64,000 nucleotides of DNA from positions 4,010-68,009 of the forward strand of contig CADCLI010000001.1 of NCBI GenBank assembly GCA_902802285.1, given 5' to 3'. Position numbers and translations under genes: made by a program. The notes under the pieces were generated by a model. That model was not told where the DNA came from. It worked only from the letters and a program-made list of their open reading frames with translations, and ran no database searches. Positions 37,478 through 46,200 of the stretch are shown in pieces; positions within the stretch are counted from its first letter, which is position 1, and every line of letters starts with the position of its first letter. The stretch comes from an uncultured Bacteroidales bacterium (lineage in GTDB: Bacteria; Bacteroidota; Bacteroidia; Bacteroidales; Bacteroidaceae).

Positions 37478-38565
37478 AAAAACTGCTGTTCATAAGATAC
37501 AAGAAGACCGCGAACGTCTTGGAGGGCGGAGAGCAGGTTTCTCAGAAAAACTGGACAGTCCTTTCCGGACTGCTTGGCTCTGAGAACGTCACTACATACT
37601 ACATTCACGATGAGAACCGCAAGCGCACCCTTTCGGACTATATCCAAGGGGCATTCTGGTTTCCATTCGGTTACTTTTTCGGTATCACTCCCAAAAGGGT
37701 CAAAGAAATAGTGACTATGGCCGGGAGCTATGACTATGTATTCATAGACCGCAGCGTGTTCGGCATCATAGCAAAGAAACTCAAAGGAAGCGGATACAAA
37801 GGTCGTGTCATAGCATTCTTCCATAACGTTGAAAAGCTCTATTTCCAGGCTAAGTTGGGACACCGTCCGGGCAGCTTTATAGTAACCCGCTGTGCATCGA
37901 AGAATGACGGATGGAGTTGCCGTTATGCTGACCGCATAATCGCTCTGAATGCGCGTGATGCGGGTGTGATTGAGAGTATGTATTCACGTAAGACAGATGC
38001 TCTGGTACCGGTGGCCTTCACCGACAAATACAATCAGGACTCTTATCCTCAAGGCATGACATCCAAGAGGCCGCTCTGCCTGATACTTGGGGCGTATTTC
38101 GGACCTAACTGTGAAGGCATCGAATGGTTTGCCCAAAACGTGTTGCCGCATGTTGATATACGCATGAGGATAGTTGGAAAGGGTATGTCCCGAATCAGGG
38201 AGAACTATAAGATCCCCGATGAAGTGGAGGTTATAAGTGATGCGCCAGACCTTAAGCCCTATTTTGAGGAGGCCGATATCATGGTCCTGCCCATTTTCAA
38301 GGGCAGCGGCATGAAGGTAAAGACCTGCGAGAGCCTTATGTACGGCAAGAACATAATAGCAACCGATGAGGCTCTTGAGGGGTATGAACTGGATTATGAG
38401 CGTATGGGCGCTAAGTGTAACACCGCACAGGAATTCATTCAGGCCATCCGCTCCTTCATAGACAATCCGCGCCCCAGGTTCAACAGCTATTCACGCCGGA
38501 TATTTCTGGAGAAATACTCTGCCGACAGGGTTGTTGACTCTTTCAGGAACGTTCTTGAAAGATAA
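37474..38565 (+). CDS. Glycosyltransferase, GT4-type (GT-B)
   Basis: C-terminal ADIMVLPIFKGSGMKVKTCESLMYGKNIIATDEALEG, an E-x7-E-like motif. Overlaps the upstream GT2 gene by 4 nt. Confidence 0.7.
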   Translation: MKKLLFIRYKKTANVLEGGEQVSQKNWTVLSGLLGSENVTTYYIHDENRKRTLSDYIQGAFWFPFGYFFGITPKRVKEIVTMAGSYDYVFIDRSVFGIIAKKLKGSGYKGRVIAFFHNVEKLYFQAKLGHRPGSFIVTRCASKNDGWSCRYADRIIALNARDAGVIESMYSRKTDALVPVAFTDKYNQDSYPQGMTSKRPLCLILGAYFGPNCEGIEWFAQNVLPHVDIRMRIVGKGMSRIRENYKIPDEVEVISDAPDLKPYFEEADIMVLPIFKGSGMKVKTCESLMYGKNIIATDEALEGYELDYERMGAKCNTAQEFIQAIRSFIDNPRPRFNSYSRRIFLEKYSADRVVDSFRNVLER

Positions 38566-38614
38566 TCGCACAGATTTTTGTTATTTTGCACACTGAATTC
38601 ATACTCCACTATTT

Positions 38615-39631
38615 ATGATAATAACAAAGACCCCCTTCCGTATATCGTTCTTTGGAGGAGGAACAGATATGCCGTCTTTCTTTAACGAACATGGCGGAGC
38701 TGTCATTTCCACGACATTTGACAAATACTGCTATCTGGTAGTTCGTCACCTGCCGCCATTCAGGCCATATTATTCGGAGTTGGTCTACAGTAAGATGGAA
38801 AGGGTGAACACTATTGATGAGATACAACACCCCGCTATCCGCGAGGCAATGCGTATGCTGGATATTCATGAGATACGTCTGTCTTATGAGGGAGACCTGC
38901 CTGCCCGCACAGGCCTTGGTTCCAGCAGCACCTTTGCCGTGGGTATGCTAAACGCTTTCTATGCCCTTAAAGGCAAGATGGTAGGCAAACGCAAGCTTGC
39001 CCAGGATGCCATCTATCTGGAGCGTGAACTCTGCAAGGAGAGCGGCGGTTGGCAAGACCAGATTGCTGCCGCATTCGGAGGATTGAACCGCATTGATTTT
39101 GCCGACAACCAGTTCAAAGTCACTCCCATCATCATACATCCGGAGCGCAAGGCTTTGCTAAACGAGAGCCTTCTGCTATTCTACACCGGTATCTCCCGCT
39201 ATTCGGCCGAAGTCCAGAAGGACACCATGTCCAGACAGCAGGACAAGATAGCACAGTTCAAGGAGATGCTTCAGCTTGTAGATGAAGCACAGGCTATCCT
39301 TGAGAACAAGCACTCTGATTTTAATGATTTCGGGCGGTTGCTTGACCATACCTGGAGACTGAAACGCGCCACCGGAGGCAAGGTAAGCAACAGTTTTATC
39401 GATGAAATTTACGATAAAGGTATCAAAGCCGGCGCATTGGGAGGCAAACTGCTGGGTGCAGGCGGAGGCGGTTTCCTGCTTTTCTATGTGGAACCCGATA
39501 AGCGTCAGAACGTATTGAACGCACTTGACAATCTGATGAACGTTCCTTTTGCCTTTGAGAACGAAGGAACAAACATAGCTTACTACAATCCCGAAACGTA
39601 CATTCCCAGAAAGGAAATAACGATTGACTGA
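38615..39631 (+). CDS. hddA: GHMP-family sugar kinase, probably D-glycero-alpha-D-manno-heptose 7-phosphate kinase
   Basis: MIITKTPFRISFFGGGTD, GHMP motif PARTGLGSSSTFAVG and C-terminal GAGGGGFLLFY. The substrate is inferred from the presence of gmhA/gmhB/hddC-like genes at 1286-3041. Confidence 0.7.
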   Translation: MIITKTPFRISFFGGGTDMPSFFNEHGGAVISTTFDKYCYLVVRHLPPFRPYYSELVYSKMERVNTIDEIQHPAIREAMRMLDIHEIRLSYEGDLPARTGLGSSSTFAVGMLNAFYALKGKMVGKRKLAQDAIYLERELCKESGGWQDQIAAAFGGLNRIDFADNQFKVTPIIIHPERKALLNESLLLFYTGISRYSAEVQKDTMSRQQDKIAQFKEMLQLVDEAQAILENKHSDFNDFGRLLDHTWRLKRATGGKVSNSFIDEIYDKGIKAGALGGKLLGAGGGGFLLFYVEPDKRQNVLNALDNLMNVPFAFENEGTNIAYYNPETYIPRKEITID

Positions 39632-39643
39632 CAATTGTTATTG

Positions 39644-40585
39644 ATGAAAAGACAAGGTCTGCTATTCTATCATCTGTTGGCCACCCTGATAGTTACGGTC
39701 TGGGGTGTAACGTTCATCTCAACCAAGGTTCTGATTAACTCAGGCCTTACTCCCGCTCAGATATTTACCATCCGATTCACTATTGCCTATATCGGAATAT
39801 GGATAGTCTGCCTTATCAAAGGCGGCAGGGACAAGGTTCTGTTTACCTGCAACCTGAAGGAAGAGTTGATGATGGTATTTCTGGGTGTAACAGGCGGATC
39901 TCTCTATTTCCTTACCGAGAACACGGCTCTGGCCCACACCCAGGCATCGAACGCCGCATTCATAGTATGTATTGCACCACTACTGACACTGCTCATGACT
40001 CTGCTCCTTAAACGTCTGTTCAAGGGGCCGCTGATAGACGGGCTTGAGGATGTAAGGTTGGGGTTCCCGCTCATTGGCGGCACTGTCATGGCGCTTACCG
40101 GTATGTTCCTGGTGGTATTTAACGGATACACACTGCACATATCGCCCAAGGGAGACCTGCTGGCATTCGGAGCAGCCCTGTGCTGGGCTCTCTACAGCCA
40201 ATTCATGAGCCAGATGACATTGCGCTACGGAACGTTCTTTGCCACCAGGAAAGTGTTCTTCTACGGACTCATTACCATCATCCCGGTAATACTTTTGAGC
40301 GACAACTCAAATCTTCCGGACGTACAATTCAGCGCCATCCAGGTCTGGGGTAATCTGCTGTTCCTGTCCGTATTGGCCTCATTGTTCTGTTTTATAGGCT
40401 GGAACAGGGTTATGGCAGCAATCGGGAACGTAACTTCCACAAATTATGTATATTTGAATCCTGTTATCACACTCATTGCCGCCATTATCATTCTGGGAGA
40501 GAGCATGACCGTTACCGCCGCAATAGGATCGGCCATGATTCTGGGCGGCGTGATACTGGCGGGAGTCAAGACAAAAAAGGACTGA
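39644..40585 (+). CDS. EamA/DMT-superfamily transporter
   Basis: Ten hydrophobic helices in two EamA-like halves. ATG 39644 (MKRQGLLFYH) is preferred over the TTG at 39635. Confidence 0.75.
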   Translation: MKRQGLLFYHLLATLIVTVWGVTFISTKVLINSGLTPAQIFTIRFTIAYIGIWIVCLIKGGRDKVLFTCNLKEELMMVFLGVTGGSLYFLTENTALAHTQASNAAFIVCIAPLLTLLMTLLLKRLFKGPLIDGLEDVRLGFPLIGGTVMALTGMFLVVFNGYTLHISPKGDLLAFGAALCWALYSQFMSQMTLRYGTFFATRKVFFYGLITIIPVILLSDNSNLPDVQFSAIQVWGNLLFLSVLASLFCFIGWNRVMAAIGNVTSTNYVYLNPVITLIAAIIILGESMTVTAAIGSAMILGGVILAGVKTKKD

Positions 40586-40608
40586 ACAAACAAACAAAAT
40601 AATAAACG

Positions 40609-42603
40609 ATGAAAACAATCTTTAAAGTTATGATGATGACTGGTGTGCTGGCCATAACAGCCGGCTGCGGACAGAAAAAGAGTGATTTCAAGTATCTGCT
40701 TGATGAGTTTGCCGACCTTAAGGTGATGCGTTACCAGATTCCCGGATGGGAGGAACTGACCCTGCAGCAGAAAGAGTACGCATACCATCTGGCCGAGGCT
40801 GCCAAGTGGGGACGCGACATCCACTGGGACCAGAACTGCAAGTGGAACCTGCCCATACGTCACACTGTTGAGAATATACTTAACAACTACAAGGGTGACC
40901 GCACCACAAAGGAGTTCGATCAGTTTACCGTATATGCCAAGCGTCTTTTCTTTGCCAACGGCATACATCACCACTATGCCGAGGACAAGTTCTTCCCCGA
41001 GTGCCCCAAGGCATATTTCCAGTCTCTCATGGAGGCTGTGGGCGACGGCAGCAAGTGCGCCGAGTTGCTGGATGTGATCTACAACCCCAACACCCTGCAG
41101 CAGCGCCGCTCAACCAGCACCGACGGTGATATCGTAGTCCTGTCAGCAGGTAACTTCTATGAGGGCGTTACCCGCGATGAGGTAGAGAAATACTACGCAT
41201 CCATCGAGGATAAGACCGATGAGACTCCCATTGCCTACGGTCTGAACACCAAGGTTACCAAGGATAAGGACGGAAACATAGTTGAGATTCCCTGGAAGAT
41301 TGACGGCATGTACGGACCTGCCATCAAGAAGATCTGCGAGGAGCTCAAGCTGGCAGCCGCCTGTGCTGAGAACGATATCCAGAAACGTGCTCTGGGACTG
41401 CTCATAAAGTACTATGAGACCGGTGACCTCAAGATCTGGGATGAGTTCAACATCGAATGGGTAAAGGATACTATAGGAACTGTTGATTTCATCAACGGAT
41501 TCATAGAGGATTACAACGACCCGCTTGGCCGCAAGGGTGCGTGGGAAGGCTACGTGAACATCAAGGACCACAAGGCATCCGAGCGCTCCACCATACTGAG
41601 TGCCAACGCACAGTGGTTTGAGGACCACTCGCCGGTTGACCCCCGCTTTAAGAAGAAGGAGTGCAAGGGCATATCGGCCAAGGTCATCAACGCAGTCTGC
41701 CTGGCAGGTGACTCATATCCTTCAACTCCTATAGGCATCAACCTGCCCAACGCCGACTGGATCCGTAAGATGTACGGCAGCAAGAGCGTGACCATTGCCA
41801 ACATCACACACGCATATGATTACGCCGCACAGGAATCTCCCACCAGCACTCTGGATGAGTTTGCATGGGATGAGGCCGAGAAGGCATTCTACCGCGAGTG
41901 GGGTTCTTGGGCCGATGAGATTCATACCGACCTTCATGAGTGCCTGGGTCACGGAAGCGGCCAGCTGCTGCCCGGTGTATCAACCACCGCTATGGGTGAG
42001 TATGCATCGGCCCTGGAGGAGGCACGCGCCGACCTCTTCGGTCTCTATTTCACAGCCGATCCCAAGATGGTTGAGCTGGGTATCATGCCCAACAAGGATG
42101 CCTACAAGGCCGAGTATGCCAACTATATCCGCAACGGTCTGATGGTGCAGTTCACTCGCGTGGAGCTGGGACGTCCCAACACCGAGGCCCACATGCAGAA
42201 CCGCAAGCTCATTGCCGAGTGGTGCTATGAGAAGGGCCGTAAGGACAATGTGATAGAGAAGAAGGTTCGTGACGGCAAGACCTACTTTGTGGTCAACGAC
42301 TACGAGAAACTGCGTAATCTCTTTGCCCAGCTGCTGGCCGAGATCCAGCGCATCAAGTCCGAGGGTGACTACGAGGCCGGCAAATATCTGATTGAGACCT
42401 ACGCCGTCAACATTGACCCCACCCTGCACAAGGAGGTCAAGCAGCGTTATGAGGCCCTGAACCTGAAGCCCTACGGCGGTTTCATCAACCCTGACATTGT
42501 TCCGGTTGAGAAGGGTGGCAAGATTGTTGACTACAAGGTTGTCTACAATGACGACTACCTTAAGCAGCAGCTTGACTACGGCCGCAAGTACGGCGCACTG
42601 TAA
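40609..42603 (+). CDS. Dipeptidyl-peptidase III (M49 family), lipoprotein
   Basis: Lipobox LAITAGCGQ and the M49 zinc motifs HECLGHGSG and EEARADL. Confidence 0.85.
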   Translation: MKTIFKVMMMTGVLAITAGCGQKKSDFKYLLDEFADLKVMRYQIPGWEELTLQQKEYAYHLAEAAKWGRDIHWDQNCKWNLPIRHTVENILNNYKGDRTTKEFDQFTVYAKRLFFANGIHHHYAEDKFFPECPKAYFQSLMEAVGDGSKCAELLDVIYNPNTLQQRRSTSTDGDIVVLSAGNFYEGVTRDEVEKYYASIEDKTDETPIAYGLNTKVTKDKDGNIVEIPWKIDGMYGPAIKKICEELKLAAACAENDIQKRALGLLIKYYETGDLKIWDEFNIEWVKDTIGTVDFINGFIEDYNDPLGRKGAWEGYVNIKDHKASERSTILSANAQWFEDHSPVDPRFKKKECKGISAKVINAVCLAGDSYPSTPIGINLPNADWIRKMYGSKSVTIANITHAYDYAAQESPTSTLDEFAWDEAEKAFYREWGSWADEIHTDLHECLGHGSGQLLPGVSTTAMGEYASALEEARADLFGLYFTADPKMVELGIMPNKDAYKAEYANYIRNGLMVQFTRVELGRPNTEAHMQNRKLIAEWCYEKGRKDNVIEKKVRDGKTYFVVNDYEKLRNLFAQLLAEIQRIKSEGDYEAGKYLIETYAVNIDPTLHKEVKQRYEALNLKPYGGFINPDIVPVEKGGKIVDYKVVYNDDYLKQQLDYGRKYGAL

Positions 42604-42610
42604 AAATAAG

Positions 42611-42636
42611 GGGGCGGTTCTTCCGCCCCTTTTCTT
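42611..42636 (+). terminator. Intrinsic terminator of the DPP III gene
   Basis: The hairpin ggggcgg-ttct-tccgcccc is followed by ttttctt, starting 8 nt after the stop codon. Confidence 0.75.
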
Positions 42637-42645
42637 TACCCCCAT

Positions 42646-42783
42646 CTGACCTTAGGGAGTCAGAATATAGGTAGAGCCATTTCTCTCCCTAAGGTGAGCC
42701 TGAAATACACTTTTCCCCGGGCAACCCCCTGACCTTAGGGAGTCAGAACGCAGGTACGGCCATTTCTCTCCCTAAGGTGAGCC
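42646..42783. repeat. Two tandem copies (period 83 nt) of a 55-nt hairpin repeat
   Basis: ctgaccttagggagtcagaa..N..gccatttctctccctaaggtgagcc occurs at 42646-42700 and 42729-42783. In each copy accttagggag pairs with ctccctaaggt (11-bp stem). Confidence 0.8.
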
Positions 42784-42792
42784 GCGTAAAAA

Positions 42793-42832
42793 ACATCTAA
42801 AAGTTTTGCGGTTACATCTAATTTATTTAGAT
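42793..42832 (+). promoter_or_regulatory. Candidate BlaI-type operator
   Basis: acatctaa occurs twice (42793-42800 and 42814-42821), and the inverted half-site ttagat lies at 42827-42832. The resulting dyad atctaa-tttat-ttagat is about 35 nt upstream of the blaI-like ATG. Confidence 0.35.
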
Positions 42833-42863
42833 TTGCCGCGAAAACCTTTCAAAATTCATTGAA

Positions 42864-43220
42864 ATGAGGCAGTTGACCAAGAAAGAGAAGGAGATAATGG
42901 AGTTCTTCTGGAACAGGGGACCCATGTTTATAAGGGAGCTTCAGGGATGCTATGAAAAGGAGCCTAACTTCAGTACCCTTTCAACTCAGGTCCATACGCT
43001 CCAGGTGGACGGTTTCCTGGACCGGGAGGCATTCGGGAGCAATTACCGCTACTATCCGGTTGTAAGTGCCAGCGAATACTGCAACAGCGGCATACACGGT
43101 CTTATTGACCAATACCTGGACAGTTCATATTCAAGCGTGGTAATGGGATTCGTCAAGAACGAGAAACTATCTGTCGATGACCTTAAACGCATTATTGACA
43201 AGATTGAGAACGGCCAATGA
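42864..43220 (+). CDS. blaI: BlaI/MecI/CopY-family winged-helix transcriptional repressor
   Basis: 118 aa. N-terminal LTKKEKEIMEFFWNRGPMFIRELQ is typical of the Penicillinase_R family. It is translationally coupled (ATGA) to the M56 gene. Confidence 0.85.
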   Translation: MRQLTKKEKEIMEFFWNRGPMFIRELQGCYEKEPNFSTLSTQVHTLQVDGFLDREAFGSNYRYYPVVSASEYCNSGIHGLIDQYLDSSYSSVVMGFVKNEKLSVDDLKRIIDKIENGQ

Positions 43221-46200
43221 CTGCTTTCCTTATATATATAATGAAGGTGGCCATCCTGTCGGCTGTTTTCATAGTCCTTTACCACCTTCTGCTGCGGCAC
43301 GATACTTTCCACAGGGTGAACAGAATTGTTCTGGTTTCATCGCTGGTACTTTCCTATATCCTGCCGTTCGTGGTCATAACTGTACACAAGGATGGAGTGC
43401 CTGTCAGAAGAACCGGGATTGTGAATGAAAGACACGTTCAGGAGCAGGTCGCCCTGCCTTACCAGCCGGTCATCACCAGCGGAAGCGTATATTCATCGGC
43501 CCCAATGGATGAGACGGCTCAAGCAGACCACAGGCAGAACCTTACGCAGGTGATTGAGGTTACCGGCCGGGACTATAACCCCGAACCGGCGGTTGCACCA
43601 CGTAAAACCATACGGATTGACTGGCTGAAAGTACTGGCAGGAGTATATTTACTTGGGCTACTGATTGTGCTGGTGTATCGTATCCTAAGCACCACTAAAG
43701 TCATTGGAATAATACAGAAAGCCGATGTGGTTGAAAAGAACAGTGATTTCACGCTTGTTCAGACCAGACAGTCAGTACATCCTTTCAGCTGGATGAGATA
43801 CATAGTATTGCCGCGGGAGGGTAAAGCCTCCGGACAGACTCCTATCCTGGACCATGAGAAGGCACATCTGGCGCATCATCACTCACAGGAACTGCTCTGG
43901 ACCGATGTTCTGTCCGCCCTGCAGTGGTTCAACCCCGTCATGCTTCTTTTCCGCCGGGACCTCTACTCTATTCATGAGTTCCAGGCCGATGCCGACGTGC
44001 TCCAAAAGGGGGTTGACCGCAAGCAGTACCAGTACCTGATGCTGGACTGCGCTACCGACAAGACGGAATTCAGAGCCGCCAATACATTCAGAAAAAGTAC
44101 CTTAGAAGGAAGAATCGATATGATCAACAAAAAAAATTCCGCAAGAACTAGCCTTTTGAAACTTGCCTACATTCCGGTCCTGTTGCTATTTGCAATGAAC
44201 GCGTTTGCCGAGAGAGTTTATGACGATGACCTCAGTGAGGTCCTTGAAGTTGACAACTATGTCCGTATTGACGGCCTTTGGTATAAGTTCAAAGGCAATC
44301 AGGTGCGTGTGGTAAGCCGCAAGACTAAGCACGACTATCCCGCTGAAATAGTGATTCCCGACACTATCATCTACAAGAATGTAAAGTATCCGGTCACCTC
44401 AATCGGAAGCATGGCATTCCAGCATGATGAGAAGATAAAGTCTGTGACCATTCCATCCACGGTCAAGGAGATTGAGGAGGGTTCTTTTTACAGTTGTACG
44501 GGACTTGAACGGATTGTAATCCCTGCATCGGTCAGAAGTATCGGAGATAGAGCTTTTGTAGAGTGTCGCAATCTGAAGTCAATATCCATTCCGGCCTCTG
44601 TAAGACAGATAGGATACGCGGCATTTGCGGGTACAGGACTTGAATCCATAACCGTACAGGAAGGAAACCCGTACTATGACAGCCGTCTGGACTGCAACGC
44701 CATTATTGAAACCGCATCCAACACCCTGCTTTACGGATCCTCAAAAACCGTAATACCGCCAACAGTTACAGCCATAGGCGAATCGGCTTTTGCAGGAAAC
44801 ACCAAGCTGAAAACAATTGGAATTCCGGCCAGTGTCACCACTATAGGAAACCGTGCATTCACGGAATGCACTTCACTACAGTCAATCGTAATTCCGGGTA
44901 CGGTACAGAAGCTTGATTACGGTTGCTTTCAGCACACAGGTATAAAAAGCCTCACAATAAACGGAAGTATTGAATTGCTTTCTTACGCGTTCACGGAATG
45001 CGACTCACTGGAAACGGTTATTTACGGTCCGGGAGCAACATCTGTAGATATACCTCGCAGATGTCCCAATCTGAGACACCTGTTCATCCCGGCAACCGTC
45101 ACACAAATACAGAATAATCAGAATAACTATCAACTGAATCTGGAATCAATCATAGTTGAGGAGGGCAATCCTGTATATGACAGTCGTGAGGATTGCAATG
45201 CAATTATAGAGACTGCCACAGACAGGCTGATTCTGGGCTGCAGCAATACCGTCATTCCCAACACTGTCAGGTCCATATCGAATTACGCTTTCACCGGCGG
45301 TCATCTCAAGGAACTGAATATTCCGGCATCGGTCAGAGAAATAGGCCCATACATATTTCAGAATCCGTTTGATGCCCGATCTGTTAACGCTCCAAATTAC
45401 ATCAAGGACCTGAACAGGATTGTGGTTGACCCCGCCAATCCGGTCTATGACAGCCGTGAGGGTTGTAATGCCATAATATGGAAGGCCACCAACCTATTGC
45501 TGATTGCATGTAAGTCAACCACCATTCCTGAATCTGTCAGGTCTATTGCCGAAAACGCATTCATGAAACAGGACGGCCTGACGGAGCTCACAATCCCCGA
45601 TGGTGTGACTACAATAATGACAGGTGCATTCTCATACTGCACCAATCTGGAGAAGATAAAAATAGGTGCAGGCCTTAAAGAGTTGTCTCCCAATGCTTTC
45701 ATGGGCTGCCCCAATATATCGGAAATAAAGGTCAGTCCGTCCAACAGGACTTATGACAGCCGTAATGACTGCAATGCCGTTATCGAGACTGCAACCGGAA
45801 AACTGGTAATGGGAAGTGCCAACACCGTAATACCTGACGGGGTGACCACTATAGGGCAGAACGCTTTCTTATCAAACCAGAAGATCACATCGATAAAACT
45901 GCCTCAATCGGTAAACACGATTGAAGATTATGCTTTTTACAATTGCACCAATCTGGAAGAGATAAACCTGGACAACATTATAAGGAAAGGAGACAGGGCG
46001 CTTGACGGGACTGCATCCGTCAGATTCACTTATGCTGACAGCATAAACGGATTCATGCATTTCCAGCTGCGCGGAAAGGAGGCTATTCTTTACCATGTAT
46101 GGGATAACGCCCCTGCAAAAGTCGCCATACCTCAATCTTTTGATTACAACGGAAAGACATATACCGTCACCGAGATTGCAGACAATGCTTTCAGTTCAAA

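Noticed and set aside
42646-42783. Possible CRISPR array (two repeats with 83-nt period).
   Set aside because: There are only two units. The sequence between the stems is also conserved between copies. Each unit is a long hairpin rather than repeat-spacer, and no cas genes lie nearby.
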